From a virus: a stretch of DNA of 64,000 nt. Below, piece after piece: positions 37,165-45,927 of the stretch; positions within the stretch are counted from its first letter, which is position 1, and each line of letters opens with the position of its first letter. The position numbers were made by a program, and so were the translations under genes. The notes below the pieces were generated by a model. It was not told the DNA's origin. It was given only the letters and a program-made list of their open reading frames with translations, and did no database searches. Where the stretch lies: IMG/VR virus record IMGVR_UViG_3300023112_000009, positions 61,610 through 125,609 of that record; one strand, 5' to 3'.

Positions 37165-37923
37165 ATGAAGTTAGAACAAACGTTCGAGGTAGCCGAGTGG
37201 GAAGAGACTGGCGAAACGGGTTTCAAGCCCGTACCCTCTGGTGATGATTGGGATCCGCTAGCGTACGCTCCTGGCCTTGCCCATGATTTCATGGAACACG
37301 CGGGCCAGTTCTCCCTGCGTGGTGAGACCAAAGCACATGCCGCTATGTTTTTCATGCGGTACGAAACTGGCTACTGTCCCCGCCTACCGTACGCCAAGCC
37401 TTTAGACCTAAACAGCTTTAGCCAAGAATGGGTAACGCTGTACAGAGGAATGGAGCAAGGGGCAACGCTTAGCGAATGCAAGCCGCAAGAGAAGCTAGAT
37501 GACATGCAAGAGGAAGAACTAGCCGAGATCGTATCTAAGGGCAAGAGAGCTATTCTAGCTGAGATCGAGAGAGAATGGCTCAACGTTGACGCCTACGCTA
37601 TGCTGTCCAAGCATTACGCGGAATGGTTCCGTAAGGGCTACCACGAAGCCGCTGCACGCTATAGCCGCATAGGTGCTCACGGTGCCCAATTTGCTTTCGA
37701 TCAAGTCTTGCAGTACTTCCTAGGGCAGCTATCGGGAGAACTCCAGTCAGGAAATAAAGTCAATATTTCCCTTGACCTTGAAACAGGAGAATTGACATTT
37801 CAAGAGATCAATCAGTGTTGGACGTGTGGGAATGATTGCGAGGATGAAACCTGCGAGGATTGCCAAGAGTACGACAAAGAAGAGGAAGAGCCCTTGACTT
37901 ATGAGCAATTGGGGATAGAATAA
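37165..37923 (+). CDS. Hypothetical protein with C-terminal CxxC motifs
   Basis: 252-aa ORF with leaderless start. Confidence 0.75.
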   Translation: MKLEQTFEVAEWEETGETGFKPVPSGDDWDPLAYAPGLAHDFMEHAGQFSLRGETKAHAAMFFMRYETGYCPRLPYAKPLDLNSFSQEWVTLYRGMEQGATLSECKPQEKLDDMQEEELAEIVSKGKRAILAEIEREWLNVDAYAMLSKHYAEWFRKGYHEAAARYSRIGAHGAQFAFDQVLQYFLGQLSGELQSGNKVNISLDLETGELTFQEINQCWTCGNDCEDETCEDCQEYDKEEEEPLTYEQLGIE

Positions 37924-38412
37924 GACATGAACCAGAAGCGAACACGCCGCCACGCTATGAAGCACGAAACAGACAACGGGGGCGATGCCCTAGACATAGG
38001 TAAGCGTATGGCGGGGGCTGGTGTCCTACTGATGACACTAACGCCGATTGCACTAGTGATATCCGTACTATGGGTTTCATGCACGCAAGCCTAAAAGAGC
38101 ATGGGGGTCGCTGTGATGCGTCTCCCTGCCCTTGTGCCGCGTCCGCTGAAAAAACAGATAGTATAGACACGTTGGTTTGCAGTTCGTGCCCTTAGAGAGC
38201 TTCCCAGGATTTGCTAGCAGTGGGAATACCTTCTTTAATGCACCCTCATGTGGAACATTTTTCCGTACCGTTTCCGCACACGGAAATTTTTTCTGTACCA
38301 TTTCCGCACGCGAAAATTCTTCCATTTTCCTGCCATTATGGCATAATCGGCCAATATGGCAATTCGCCTATATTCGGGCTTTTCTCTCAAGTTCATTTTT
38401 CGAGAATTCCCC

Positions 38413-38933
38413 TCAAGCCATATCCGCCCCATGCCGATAGGTGGGGTATGATTGAGCAGGAAAGAAGAATCGACCCGTATCGGGCTACCCTCGACTACAT
38501 GATTGAGACCCTTGTCCTATGCGGATATGACCGTGAAGAGATCGAAAAAGAATTAGAAGAAGTACAAGAACAAGCTCAACTTGAGCAAGAGAACACCCGA
38601 TAGGTACGGTATGAACAATCACCAAGAAAAAATGAGCAAAGCAGACATCCTCGATACCATCCGATGCGGATTCGATCTTCTCGCCCTGGAGAACAAGGGC
38701 GGGCGAGGAAATAAGGCAAGGCACGGCACGGCATATGTACCCGATCCTATCAAAATCGACGCTATGGCCAAGCGTATCGAAGCCAAAGCCAAAGCCGATC
38801 CTACTCGCCTAGGGGGCGAGACGCTGGAGGATATTCTCCCCTAGCCTATCCAGAGCCCCCCCTACGGGGGCTCATTTTCTTTTCGAGAAAAGCAAGAGAG
38901 CACTAAGGGTAGAGAGCCCATCCGCCGATAGGT
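38413..38933 (+). promoter_or_regulatory. Three sigma28(FliA)-like promoters
   Basis: TCAAG/TCAAC/TAAGG-N15-(G/C)CCGATAG; CCGATAGGT at 38434, 38597 and 38925. Confidence 0.5.
38611..38844 (+). CDS. Hypothetical protein
   Basis: ATG 5 nt after CCGATAGGT; followed by a hairpin terminator. Confidence 0.6.
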   Translation: MNNHQEKMSKADILDTIRCGFDLLALENKGGRGNKARHGTAYVPDPIKIDAMAKRIEAKAKADPTRLGGETLEDILP

Positions 38934-39086
38934 ATGGTAGGCAAGGAAAACCAACCAACCAACCAACCAACCAAGCAAACACAATGTTCAACGCTCACAA
39001 TATCGCCGTTCTCGCCGCCCTCTCCGCTTCCGCTTTTGTGGTCTACAGCCTGTATCTTCTCGCCGTTTCCACGGGGGCCTTTTAGA

Positions 39087-39272
39087 ATGAAAATCAAAAT
39101 CACCTACCTTGACGCAAGCGAGGAAGACTGCCGACGTACCGATTATGTAACATATGTAAACGGAAAAGAATACCTACTCGTCGCCTGTGCATTGGGGGGC
39201 AAATACACTACGATTGAAGTAGAGACTGCAGCGAGAAAATTTTTCGGTGATGATGTGATCATCAACTGGTAA
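39087..39272 (+). CDS. Cassette protein family B, copy 3 (AT-richer)
   Basis: EEDCRR..VNGKEY.L.ACAL..AR.FFGDDV. Confidence 0.72.
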   Translation: MKIKITYLDASEEDCRRTDYVTYVNGKEYLLVACALGGKYTTIEVETAARKFFGDDVIINW

Positions 39273-39815
39273 AACTTTCCACCTCGACCAGCCCCACTCA
39301 CTCGGAAAAGTCTTCCGGGGGGGTGGGGTTTTTTCATTCTGGGGGGAAATATTTTCCACCGGAGGCCGCCGGGTACCTTACACACACAGGTACACGAAAA
39401 TCAAGTTTCCCAGTTCCTCAGGCTTTTCGGTGTTCGAAAAGGGAATTCCAAAATATGTGGGAGCCCTCCCAAAACGATCAGTTGTTTAGCTGTCTAACGG
39501 CAGAACAGATTCAATTTCCCAGTAGCCGTCCATATATTCAGCACTATGCAGCGAAGGATGCGTCACGGACTCATGACGGAACAATCCGTTTGATCGTTTC
39601 CATGTGGTTTTCAAGCGGATCAACCAATAAGTATTGCCGCCTGTACCCTTTGTGGGTAGCCAAGCAAACTTAACAACCGTAACAGTTGATCCAGGAGGAT
39701 ACACCCCGGTAATAAGGTCGTTATGTGATTTCCAGTTTACCATTGTCGTCGTCCCTCCGACAAGCGGCGTCTAGCTCGCCAGCTTCGCATGGCATCGCCA
39801 TACTCGTAGGTGTTT

Positions 39816-40421
39816 CTACGAACCACACAGTCTCCACTTCTTGTCGTTAATGATATAGATGGACCAGTTATACATGCGTCCTCGAATGTAATCGAGAACG
39901 CGGGGCGAGGCTGCGACTGGCAAGTCAATATCGTAATCATTCTGATCTTTCGCGTAATGCTCGTCCAGATGATCCTCAATGGCGTCTTCGATTGCCGTGG
40001 CAATCGCGAGTTCTGCCTCATCGAGTGCATTCTCTTTTTCAAGCGTCTCCACCGGCAGCGAAGCAGTCGGTGGGTTGTCTGTCACAGACCTGTCGATGCC
40101 TATGACGTAATCTTTGCACGGATTGCCAAGTACGCACGGTTGACTCTCTCCTATTGCTGTCTCTTTTTCTGACACAATACGCTTGTCCCACCCTGGCATC
40201 ACGCCACTAAGTCCAGGCTGCGTGAACAGTTCGTCACCCTGAACGGTTCGCGTAGGCGAACCGGATTTGATCTTGCTAGCCGCTTCACTGATGTTGTCAA
40301 GCATCTCCTGATCCGATGAGATGCTAGTTTTTTGTTCAAACAGGAACTCATCGAACATTTTACGTTCGTGTTTTCGGATTGTATCTTCTACAGCCTTGTC
40401 GAAGTGTTTCTTGTCAACCAT
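39816..40421 (-). CDS. Acidic hypothetical protein
   Basis: 201-aa ORF in a minus-strand operon. Confidence 0.6.
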   Translation of the reverse strand: MVDKKHFDKAVEDTIRKHERKMFDEFLFEQKTSISSDQEMLDNISEAASKIKSGSPTRTVQGDELFTQPGLSGVMPGWDKRIVSEKETAIGESQPCVLGNPCKDYVIGIDRSVTDNPPTASLPVETLEKENALDEAELAIATAIEDAIEDHLDEHYAKDQNDYDIDLPVAASPRVLDYIRGRMYNWSIYIINDKKWRLCGS

Positions 40422-40757
40422 TACTTAATCTCTTCTACCAACATAAGGTCGGTAGAAGACTCCTGTAGGTCAGAACTTACAATGGGGTATGATCCACCTT
40501 GAGCGTTCTCAACGGCTTCATCTTCATTTTCCCCCTGGACAATGTAATACTCGTGCGTAACAACCTGTCTTTGAATGACAACTCTGTATGTACTCATTTT
40601 TTAAGCGTTTTGTGAACCATGTAAATTAGCATCCCTGCTGCCATAATCGGCCACAGGAGAGACAAAAAGAAACTCATGCCACGATCATCCTCTTCGTCGG
40701 TCTCTTCGAAACCACAAAAGGTCATGGACAAGCCGAGTAGGTATAGGATGGTGGCAA

Positions 40758-41018
40758 TCATTCGGTCTCCGGTAGAGGGCACCAGTCAGGATGTAAGTGT
40801 ATGTCGCAAAGCCGCATGATGGGCTCTAGCTCCATGTCAAGCTCCTCTCCTTCCTCATCCGGAGACGAGTCAGAGAAATCCCAGCGGTCTCCTTCGTCAA
40901 CTACTCGCTTACCAGCGAGTGAGCAGTCCCACCCAGCGTCAACGTCATTTGAGCCATGGTTAAAGCGAGCGTAAGGACAGTCCGCACAACCCTCAACTGT
41001 TAGCTGAATTCTTTTCAT
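40758..41018 (-). CDS. Cys-rich hypothetical protein
   Basis: CADCPY..C..PDWCPLPE. Confidence 0.65.
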   Translation of the reverse strand: MKRIQLTVEGCADCPYARFNHGSNDVDAGWDCSLAGKRVVDEGDRWDFSDSSPDEEGEELDMELEPIMRLCDIHLHPDWCPLPETE

Positions 41019-41427
41019 TAGTAGGGGTGACTCCACCATTCGTGAATTTCGAGATCAGTATCGTCCAACACCTTATTTGCTTTTTCAAGGCACTCTTCTA
41101 AAGACGCCCCTTCGATGGGGTCGAATACTGTGCCAGACAAGTGCAGGGTGTAGACTAGTTCTTCTGTCAATCCCCTGTTACTAATACCGGCCCTGCATCT
41201 TGACCTTCGTTTTGTTTTTAAAGCGTACATCGTATGCACCACCAAAGACATTCCTATCGTACGGATCATGATACCACGCGACAACCATACCTTCTTCTCC
41301 CGTGAGAACACTCTCTATGATTGTACCACAGGAGTACAGCTTCTCGCGAGGCTTCTCTACTGCCTCGTCCTTGCAACCGCAGGACATAGTAATTAACGCG
41401 AGCATCAACACATATAGAACTTTCATT

Positions 41428-41957
41428 TTAAAGCTTCCAGCCGTTAGGCTTGTTAAGGTATCGTAGGTCGCCCGTAAGCTCCACGGGACCGCCGTAGATA
41501 TCTACTCCTACTTCATAAAAACGCCCCCTACGGGCACGCAGCATGTCTACATCCTTGAATTCCGTGTGGTAGTGCCCGTACAGGTGAACACCGTTACGAC
41601 TTCGAACGAATGTAGATCGGGCATCACCTTGACCTTATTTTCAAGGTTAAAATCTTCAACGATTTTTACGATGCCACTCTGACCATACTTGGACACCGGC
41701 TGGTCGTGGTTTCCAGGAACAATATGGATTTCTCCATTCAAAAGACCTAGTTTTCCAGCTATGAAGCCATCCGTCGCAGGAGGCCCCATAGCGAAGTCAC
41801 CAACGACCTTTGTCACGTCATCGTCTCCGACGACAGCGTTCCAGCGGTCGATGAGGTACGTATCCATCGTTTCGCTATCGCGAAAGGGGCGATTGCAGAA
41901 ACGTATGATATTTTGGTGTCCGAAGTGTAGATCGGATATGGCGAATACTTTACTCAT
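41428..41957 (-). pseudogene. Metallophosphoesterase with internal deletion or frameshift
   Basis: SDLHFGH, VGDF and GNHD in one frame; the C-terminal HLYGHYH..VGVD motif continues in another frame from about 41597. Confidence 0.75.
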
Positions 41958-42928
41958 TTGTCGTAATAGTTGTTTACCTCGCTCGCGAGATACTCCATCA
42001 TAATTCCGACAAGCTCACGATCCCAAAATTTGGAATCTACCTTGTCGGGGAGTAGAGACTGCTCAGCTTGAAATTCGATAAACGCTAGATCGCGATCAAG
42101 GATATTCTGGACCTCCTCGAACGGAAGCCTGCCCTGCTTGATATCAAGCAGGAGCGGAGCGTCTGTGAGAGGAAACTGCACTTCGCGGAATGACAGTAGT
42201 TCAATTAGCTCTTTTGAGACTCGCACAGCGTGGCTCAAAGCTTTCCAGTCAACACCTTCGGCGTTAGCCGCAGAGTTGGCACGAATACCATACCTGTTAA
42301 TCGAAGCCTGAATAGTTTCTGCTACGTGAGAGCACATCGTGGTCTCACCGAACCATTTGCCGCCGATCTGTAGCTCGCGAATCCCCTGGGGGTTGGCACG
42401 CTCATCATCCTTGGGTAGCTGATCCCAAACACGTTCCATTCTGTCAAAAGGCTCAGCCTTATCCGTTAGGATGCTGTAGAACTTACGCAGCTTGTTTAGT
42501 CGCTCGCCTTTTAGGGAGTACTTCGCAGCCTGCGTACGTGCATAGCCTACGAATGCATCCATCTTCTTGCTCACGAGCTTTGAACGGTTCTCCTGAATGC
42601 GATCCCACACCCAGCCAAACTCCTTCGACCTGACAACAAGGTTGTCAGGAGCGAAGAGCATGTCAATCGCTACGGTCTGCCCTTGTGTCGCCAGACGCAA
42701 GAAGTGCTGTAGACTATAGTACTCGCAGTCTAGCTCATCAGCTTCGTTTTTCCTGGAGTCATCCTTCGTGGAAGAGTTCGCTGTTTTTGGGATGCGTCCC
42801 AAAAGGATCTCTTCGGCAGTGGGCAGAAAGATCCCCTTAAAGTCTCTATCGGACTTCTCGGTGGCAGTACCGTACAGGTGACTACCAAAGACCATTTCGC
42901 AGATCAGATTTTTGGGTTTATCAGACAT
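41954..42928 (-). CDS. Pol-beta superfamily nucleotidyltransferase (T4 NrdC.11/YcgL-like)
   Basis: GSHLYGT..SDRDFKGIF, DWKALSHAVR, LLDIKQG. Confidence 0.88.
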   Translation of the reverse strand: MSDKPKNLICEMVFGSHLYGTATEKSDRDFKGIFLPTAEEILLGRIPKTANSSTKDDSRKNEADELDCEYYSLQHFLRLATQGQTVAIDMLFAPDNLVVRSKEFGWVWDRIQENRSKLVSKKMDAFVGYARTQAAKYSLKGERLNKLRKFYSILTDKAEPFDRMERVWDQLPKDDERANPQGIRELQIGGKWFGETTMCSHVAETIQASINRYGIRANSAANAEGVDWKALSHAVRVSKELIELLSFREVQFPLTDAPLLLDIKQGRLPFEEVQNILDRDLAFIEFQAEQSLLPDKVDSKFWDRELVGIMMEYLASEVNNYYDK

Positions 42929-43364
42929 TTTTCCTGAGCTTCGCAGCTTCCTTCTCTAGTCGCGTGGCTTTCTTGAGAACACGTTCCTTCTCTTCGGTCG
43001 TACGCAATTCTAATTCTTGTTTTATAGCTGCTTCGTTTTCCTTAAACCAAGCCTTGTACTTTTCGTTTTCTTGTTTGTGTCTGGCAACCGCCGCGTTATA
43101 TGCAATGTCCGCACATTCTACGTAATTCAGTTTAAGACAAGCTGACGGAGTATCTGATTCGTAATAACAGCCTCCATAGTCAAGATCCATTTCCACGGTA
43201 GCATCTGGATAGTCTTCCTGGTGCTTCAAGAGGTTTGCGATAAACGTACCGATCTTGTCGCTATCGTAAGACCCCATGATCTCCTTAGAACGACTACGCC
43301 CTCGGTAGTTTGCCTTCTTGGGAGCAACAGGCTTCTTCTTGATTCTAAACTTTTTGCGTGCCAT
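42921..43364 (-). CDS. Hypothetical protein
   Basis: Operon-packed ORF with basic N-terminus. Confidence 0.6.
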   Translation of the reverse strand: MARKKFRIKKKPVAPKKANYRGRSRSKEIMGSYDSDKIGTFIANLLKHQEDYPDATVEMDLDYGGCYYESDTPSACLKLNYVECADIAYNAAVARHKQENEKYKAWFKENEAAIKQELELRTTEEKERVLKKATRLEKEAAKLRKNV

Positions 43365-43546
43365 CACTAACCTCAAACGTGAAGTCGTAGTATTGTTCGA
43401 TCTCTTTGACGATTGCAATGAAGTGCGGCATGGCCGAGTCCATCTTTGCTTTTACTAGGTTTGACTGTGCTACAGCCAACTGGATAAGCATACGTTGATA
43501 CTCAGCCTCGTCAATCTTCTTGTCGCCGCGTACAATACGCAGCGGT

Positions 43547-44050
43547 CTATTGTCTGGATTTTTCCTTGACATTGATGATATCTTGTAGTTGAAATATGTT
43601 GATGATCTTGCTACGATCACCAGCGTAATCTAGGCAGTTCATTGTTCCGCCGGATGTGCCATCCCAATACGCCGTTAGAACATCACAGTTGTCTACCATA
43701 AGCTCGTTACGCTTCTGCAACTTCCAGGGCTCGTATCCAGACTCACAAGCATACACAACTTCTTCGCACCTGTCAAGTAGCTTCTTGTGTTTTTGCCGCG
43801 AAAAGTCAGGCCACTTGGCGTCGTATCCTTCAAACGGTAACATGGCGATTACAGGTAGGTCCATATGTAGCCCTACCTCCATCCAGAATTGATCGATGCC
43901 CAATGCTCCTCCGGAGATCAGGCACAACTCACCATCAGGAGCTTGCTCTAGAAAGTCTCGCATGTGACGACGAATCGCCTTAAAGTTGTCGGTGGCATTA
44001 TAGCCACCGAGTTTGTGAGGTCTGTGTCCTGTTACTGCAATTTTAACCAT
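43547..44050 (-). CDS. SLOG/YspA (DUF1273)-family protein
   Basis: IAVTGHRP, ISGGALGID, RNELMVD, WDGTSGGT.NC. Confidence 0.9.
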   Translation of the reverse strand: MVKIAVTGHRPHKLGGYNATDNFKAIRRHMRDFLEQAPDGELCLISGGALGIDQFWMEVGLHMDLPVIAMLPFEGYDAKWPDFSRQKHKKLLDRCEEVVYACESGYEPWKLQKRNELMVDNCDVLTAYWDGTSGGTMNCLDYAGDRSKIINIFQLQDIINVKEKSRQ

Positions 44051-44579
44051 CGAGTTTATCTACCTGGATTCCTGCCTTTCTCAAAAGTTCTAGACCATCG
44101 GTTGTTCTATACTGTTCTGCATAAACGATCCTGCTAATCTTTGTGGGGATCAGCAGAACAGAGCAGTCAAAACACGGTGAAAGCGTTACGTAGATTGTGG
44201 CTCCGATGGAACTGTTTGTGGAACACGCAACCTTAGCAAGAGCATTCAGTTCAGCGTGAATCACTTCGGGCTTAGTGACTAATTCGTATGACTTTCTTGG
44301 TGCTTTTATGTCAGAGTCGCTTCCGAACTCTTTACAATCTCCACAAACGTATCTCTGGTTCCTCTCGTCACGGAAAATGTTTTTATGATCACACAACACA
44401 ACCTGTGTCTCACAACGGTTATCAAACCCAGGAGGCGTACCGTTGAACCCTTCTGCGATGATGCCAGAATTGGGCGATACTACAATAGCCCCAACCTGTT
44501 TGCGTTTAGCGTGCGATAGCTCAGCCATAGCGTAAGCACACTTCATGTACGCTCTATCAAGACTCTCTTGACTTGCCAT
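44043..44579 (-). CDS. dCMP deaminase with inserted zinc ribbon
   Basis: QVGA, GFNGTP.G, HAELNA, TLSPCFDC. Confidence 0.92.
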   Translation of the reverse strand: MASQESLDRAYMKCAYAMAELSHAKRKQVGAIVVSPNSGIIAEGFNGTPPGFDNRCETQVVLCDHKNIFRDERNQRYVCGDCKEFGSDSDIKAPRKSYELVTKPEVIHAELNALAKVACSTNSSIGATIYVTLSPCFDCSVLLIPTKISRIVYAEQYRTTDGLELLRKAGIQVDKLDG

Positions 44580-44764
44580 TGAATGGATCCAGTAGTCGTG
44601 TGGCCTTTGCGGGTCCGAAGATCTTACTTACTTCGGTGCGTATTCCTTTGAGATAGTTGATTGCAACCAACTCAAAAAATTCTTCTTCGTCTAACGTGGG
44701 ATGATTATGTGCTGCCTGTGAGGCAAAGCTTCGGAGGCTACCTAGGTCTCGCTGGATAGCCTAC

Positions 44765-45313
44765 TTACCAAGGTGTCGGGCCACTTGGTCCGGACTCGTC
44801 TCTGTACTGAAATTCTTTGAGTTGTTCAATGTACTTTTTCTTGATTCGACGGTAAACTTCTTCGACCTTCATACCTGGAGGCTCTTTTGAGAGTTGTCGT
44901 ACCAAACGTGCCATGTGTGATATGTCTTTGTTGACTTTATCAAGATGCATGTCAATACCCTTGATCAAAGCATTAATGACCAAACGACTCGCGGCCTTTT
45001 CGGCGTCATTCAAGGTTTCCAGTAAGCCCTTCAGCTTAGACTTCATGAGTCTGCCTCTGGCTTCAAACGCTTGCCGCTTTTTTACGGTCACCTTGGGTTC
45101 GTCTACCCATAGAATTTGACCGTCTCCAGATAGGTTGTAAATTTCGTGTGCGTGATGGGGGTTGTCTGCTTCAATGAGAACGCCGCTGAATATCATAGAG
45201 CTTGGTTCGAACTCAGCGAGTGCAAAATCTTCAATCGAGCTTTCCTTGACATACAGACAATCTCGACTGAAGGGGTCATCATCCTTGATGGTGTAAACGT
45301 AGAATCTGTTCAT
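44765..45313 (-). CDS. Hypothetical protein
   Basis: ATG about 6 nt after TTGACT-N17-TATACT. Confidence 0.65.
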   Translation of the reverse strand: MNRFYVYTIKDDDPFSRDCLYVKESSIEDFALAEFEPSSMIFSGVLIEADNPHHAHEIYNLSGDGQILWVDEPKVTVKKRQAFEARGRLMKSKLKGLLETLNDAEKAASRLVINALIKGIDMHLDKVNKDISHMARLVRQLSKEPPGMKVEEVYRRIKKKYIEQLKEFQYRDESGPSGPTPW

Positions 45314-45344
45314 TGGGTGTAGTATACTGTCATTCTGGCAGAAG

Positions 45345-45644
45345 TCAAGTGATTTTTTCCCATTCATTGAGAATACCAAGCAGTTCATGTGCTCGTACTT
45401 CGTACTCGCGACGACGATGCTTAGATTTTGTCGTAGCAAGCACCTCTAGTACCTCTGCAAGTCTTTTGTCAATGACCGTCGTAAGTGCTAACAGATGCTT
45501 CGCATACGGAACACGTTTCTTCGATCCCATGATGGCACCAACAGTACCCATGATGAGTTCGATACCAACCGCTACCTCAGGTGCGGCTGCTCTGAGCCCA
45601 TACCTGATGAGAGGGTTACTCAGTAACTTCTGGACTTCTTGCAT
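45345..45644 (-). CDS. Hypothetical protein
   Basis: Operon-packed ORF. Confidence 0.55.
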   Translation of the reverse strand: MQEVQKLLSNPLIRYGLRAAAPEVAVGIELIMGTVGAIMGSKKRVPYAKHLLALTTVIDKRLAEVLEVLATTKSKHRRREYEVRAHELLGILNEWEKIT

Positions 45645-45903
45645 GATGTGTCACGCCCTGCACCTTGAAATCAATACTCAAGGCGTTGGCCGTTTCGGTT
45701 TGCTTGCACTTTACCAGGATCGTGGCGTTTTCCAGTTCTGGCCTCTGATTGATCCTAGACCTCAGGAAAGCATTCATAATGGACTTCAAGCCATTGATCA
45801 CGCACAACTGATCGGGACTAGCACCATCTACACCAATAGGCGTTGATTTACGAATCTTCCCGTTTTTGACGAGAACCTCGCTGCTGTATCGTACTTTTGT
45901 CAT
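45616..45903 (-). CDS. Hypothetical protein
   Basis: ATG 6 nt after TATAAT. Confidence 0.6.
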   Translation of the reverse strand: MTKVRYSSEVLVKNGKIRKSTPIGVDGASPDQLCVINGLKSIMNAFLRSRINQRPELENATILVKCKQTETANALSIDFKVQGVTHHARSPEVTE

Positions 45904-45927
45904 ACAGACATTATACGCCTATTGGTG

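Larger units (their letters stand above)
23560..38200. repeat. Dispersed array of about 20 fixed-geometry intergenic elements separating promoter-ORF cassettes
   Basis: 13-bp cores start at 23598(rev), 24545(rev), 26617, 27345, 27977, 28527, 29331, 29835, 30354, 31075, 32305, 32964, 33570, 33937, 34563(rev), 35482, 36124, 36427, 36876 and 38158; usually a GAGGCCCCGCAAGGGGCCTC hairpin upstream and GCACAGGAG downstream. Confidence 0.95.

Noticed and set aside
23560-38200. CRISPR or guide-RNA array interpretation of the repeats
   Set aside because: Units are about 100 bp, degenerate, and separated by hundreds of bases containing promoters and ORFs; no cas genes in the window.
45831-45927. 13-bp inverted repeat CACCAATAGGCGT / ACGCCTATTGGTG around a gene start
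   Set aside because: Single instance with one arm upstream of the predicted transcript; could be chance.
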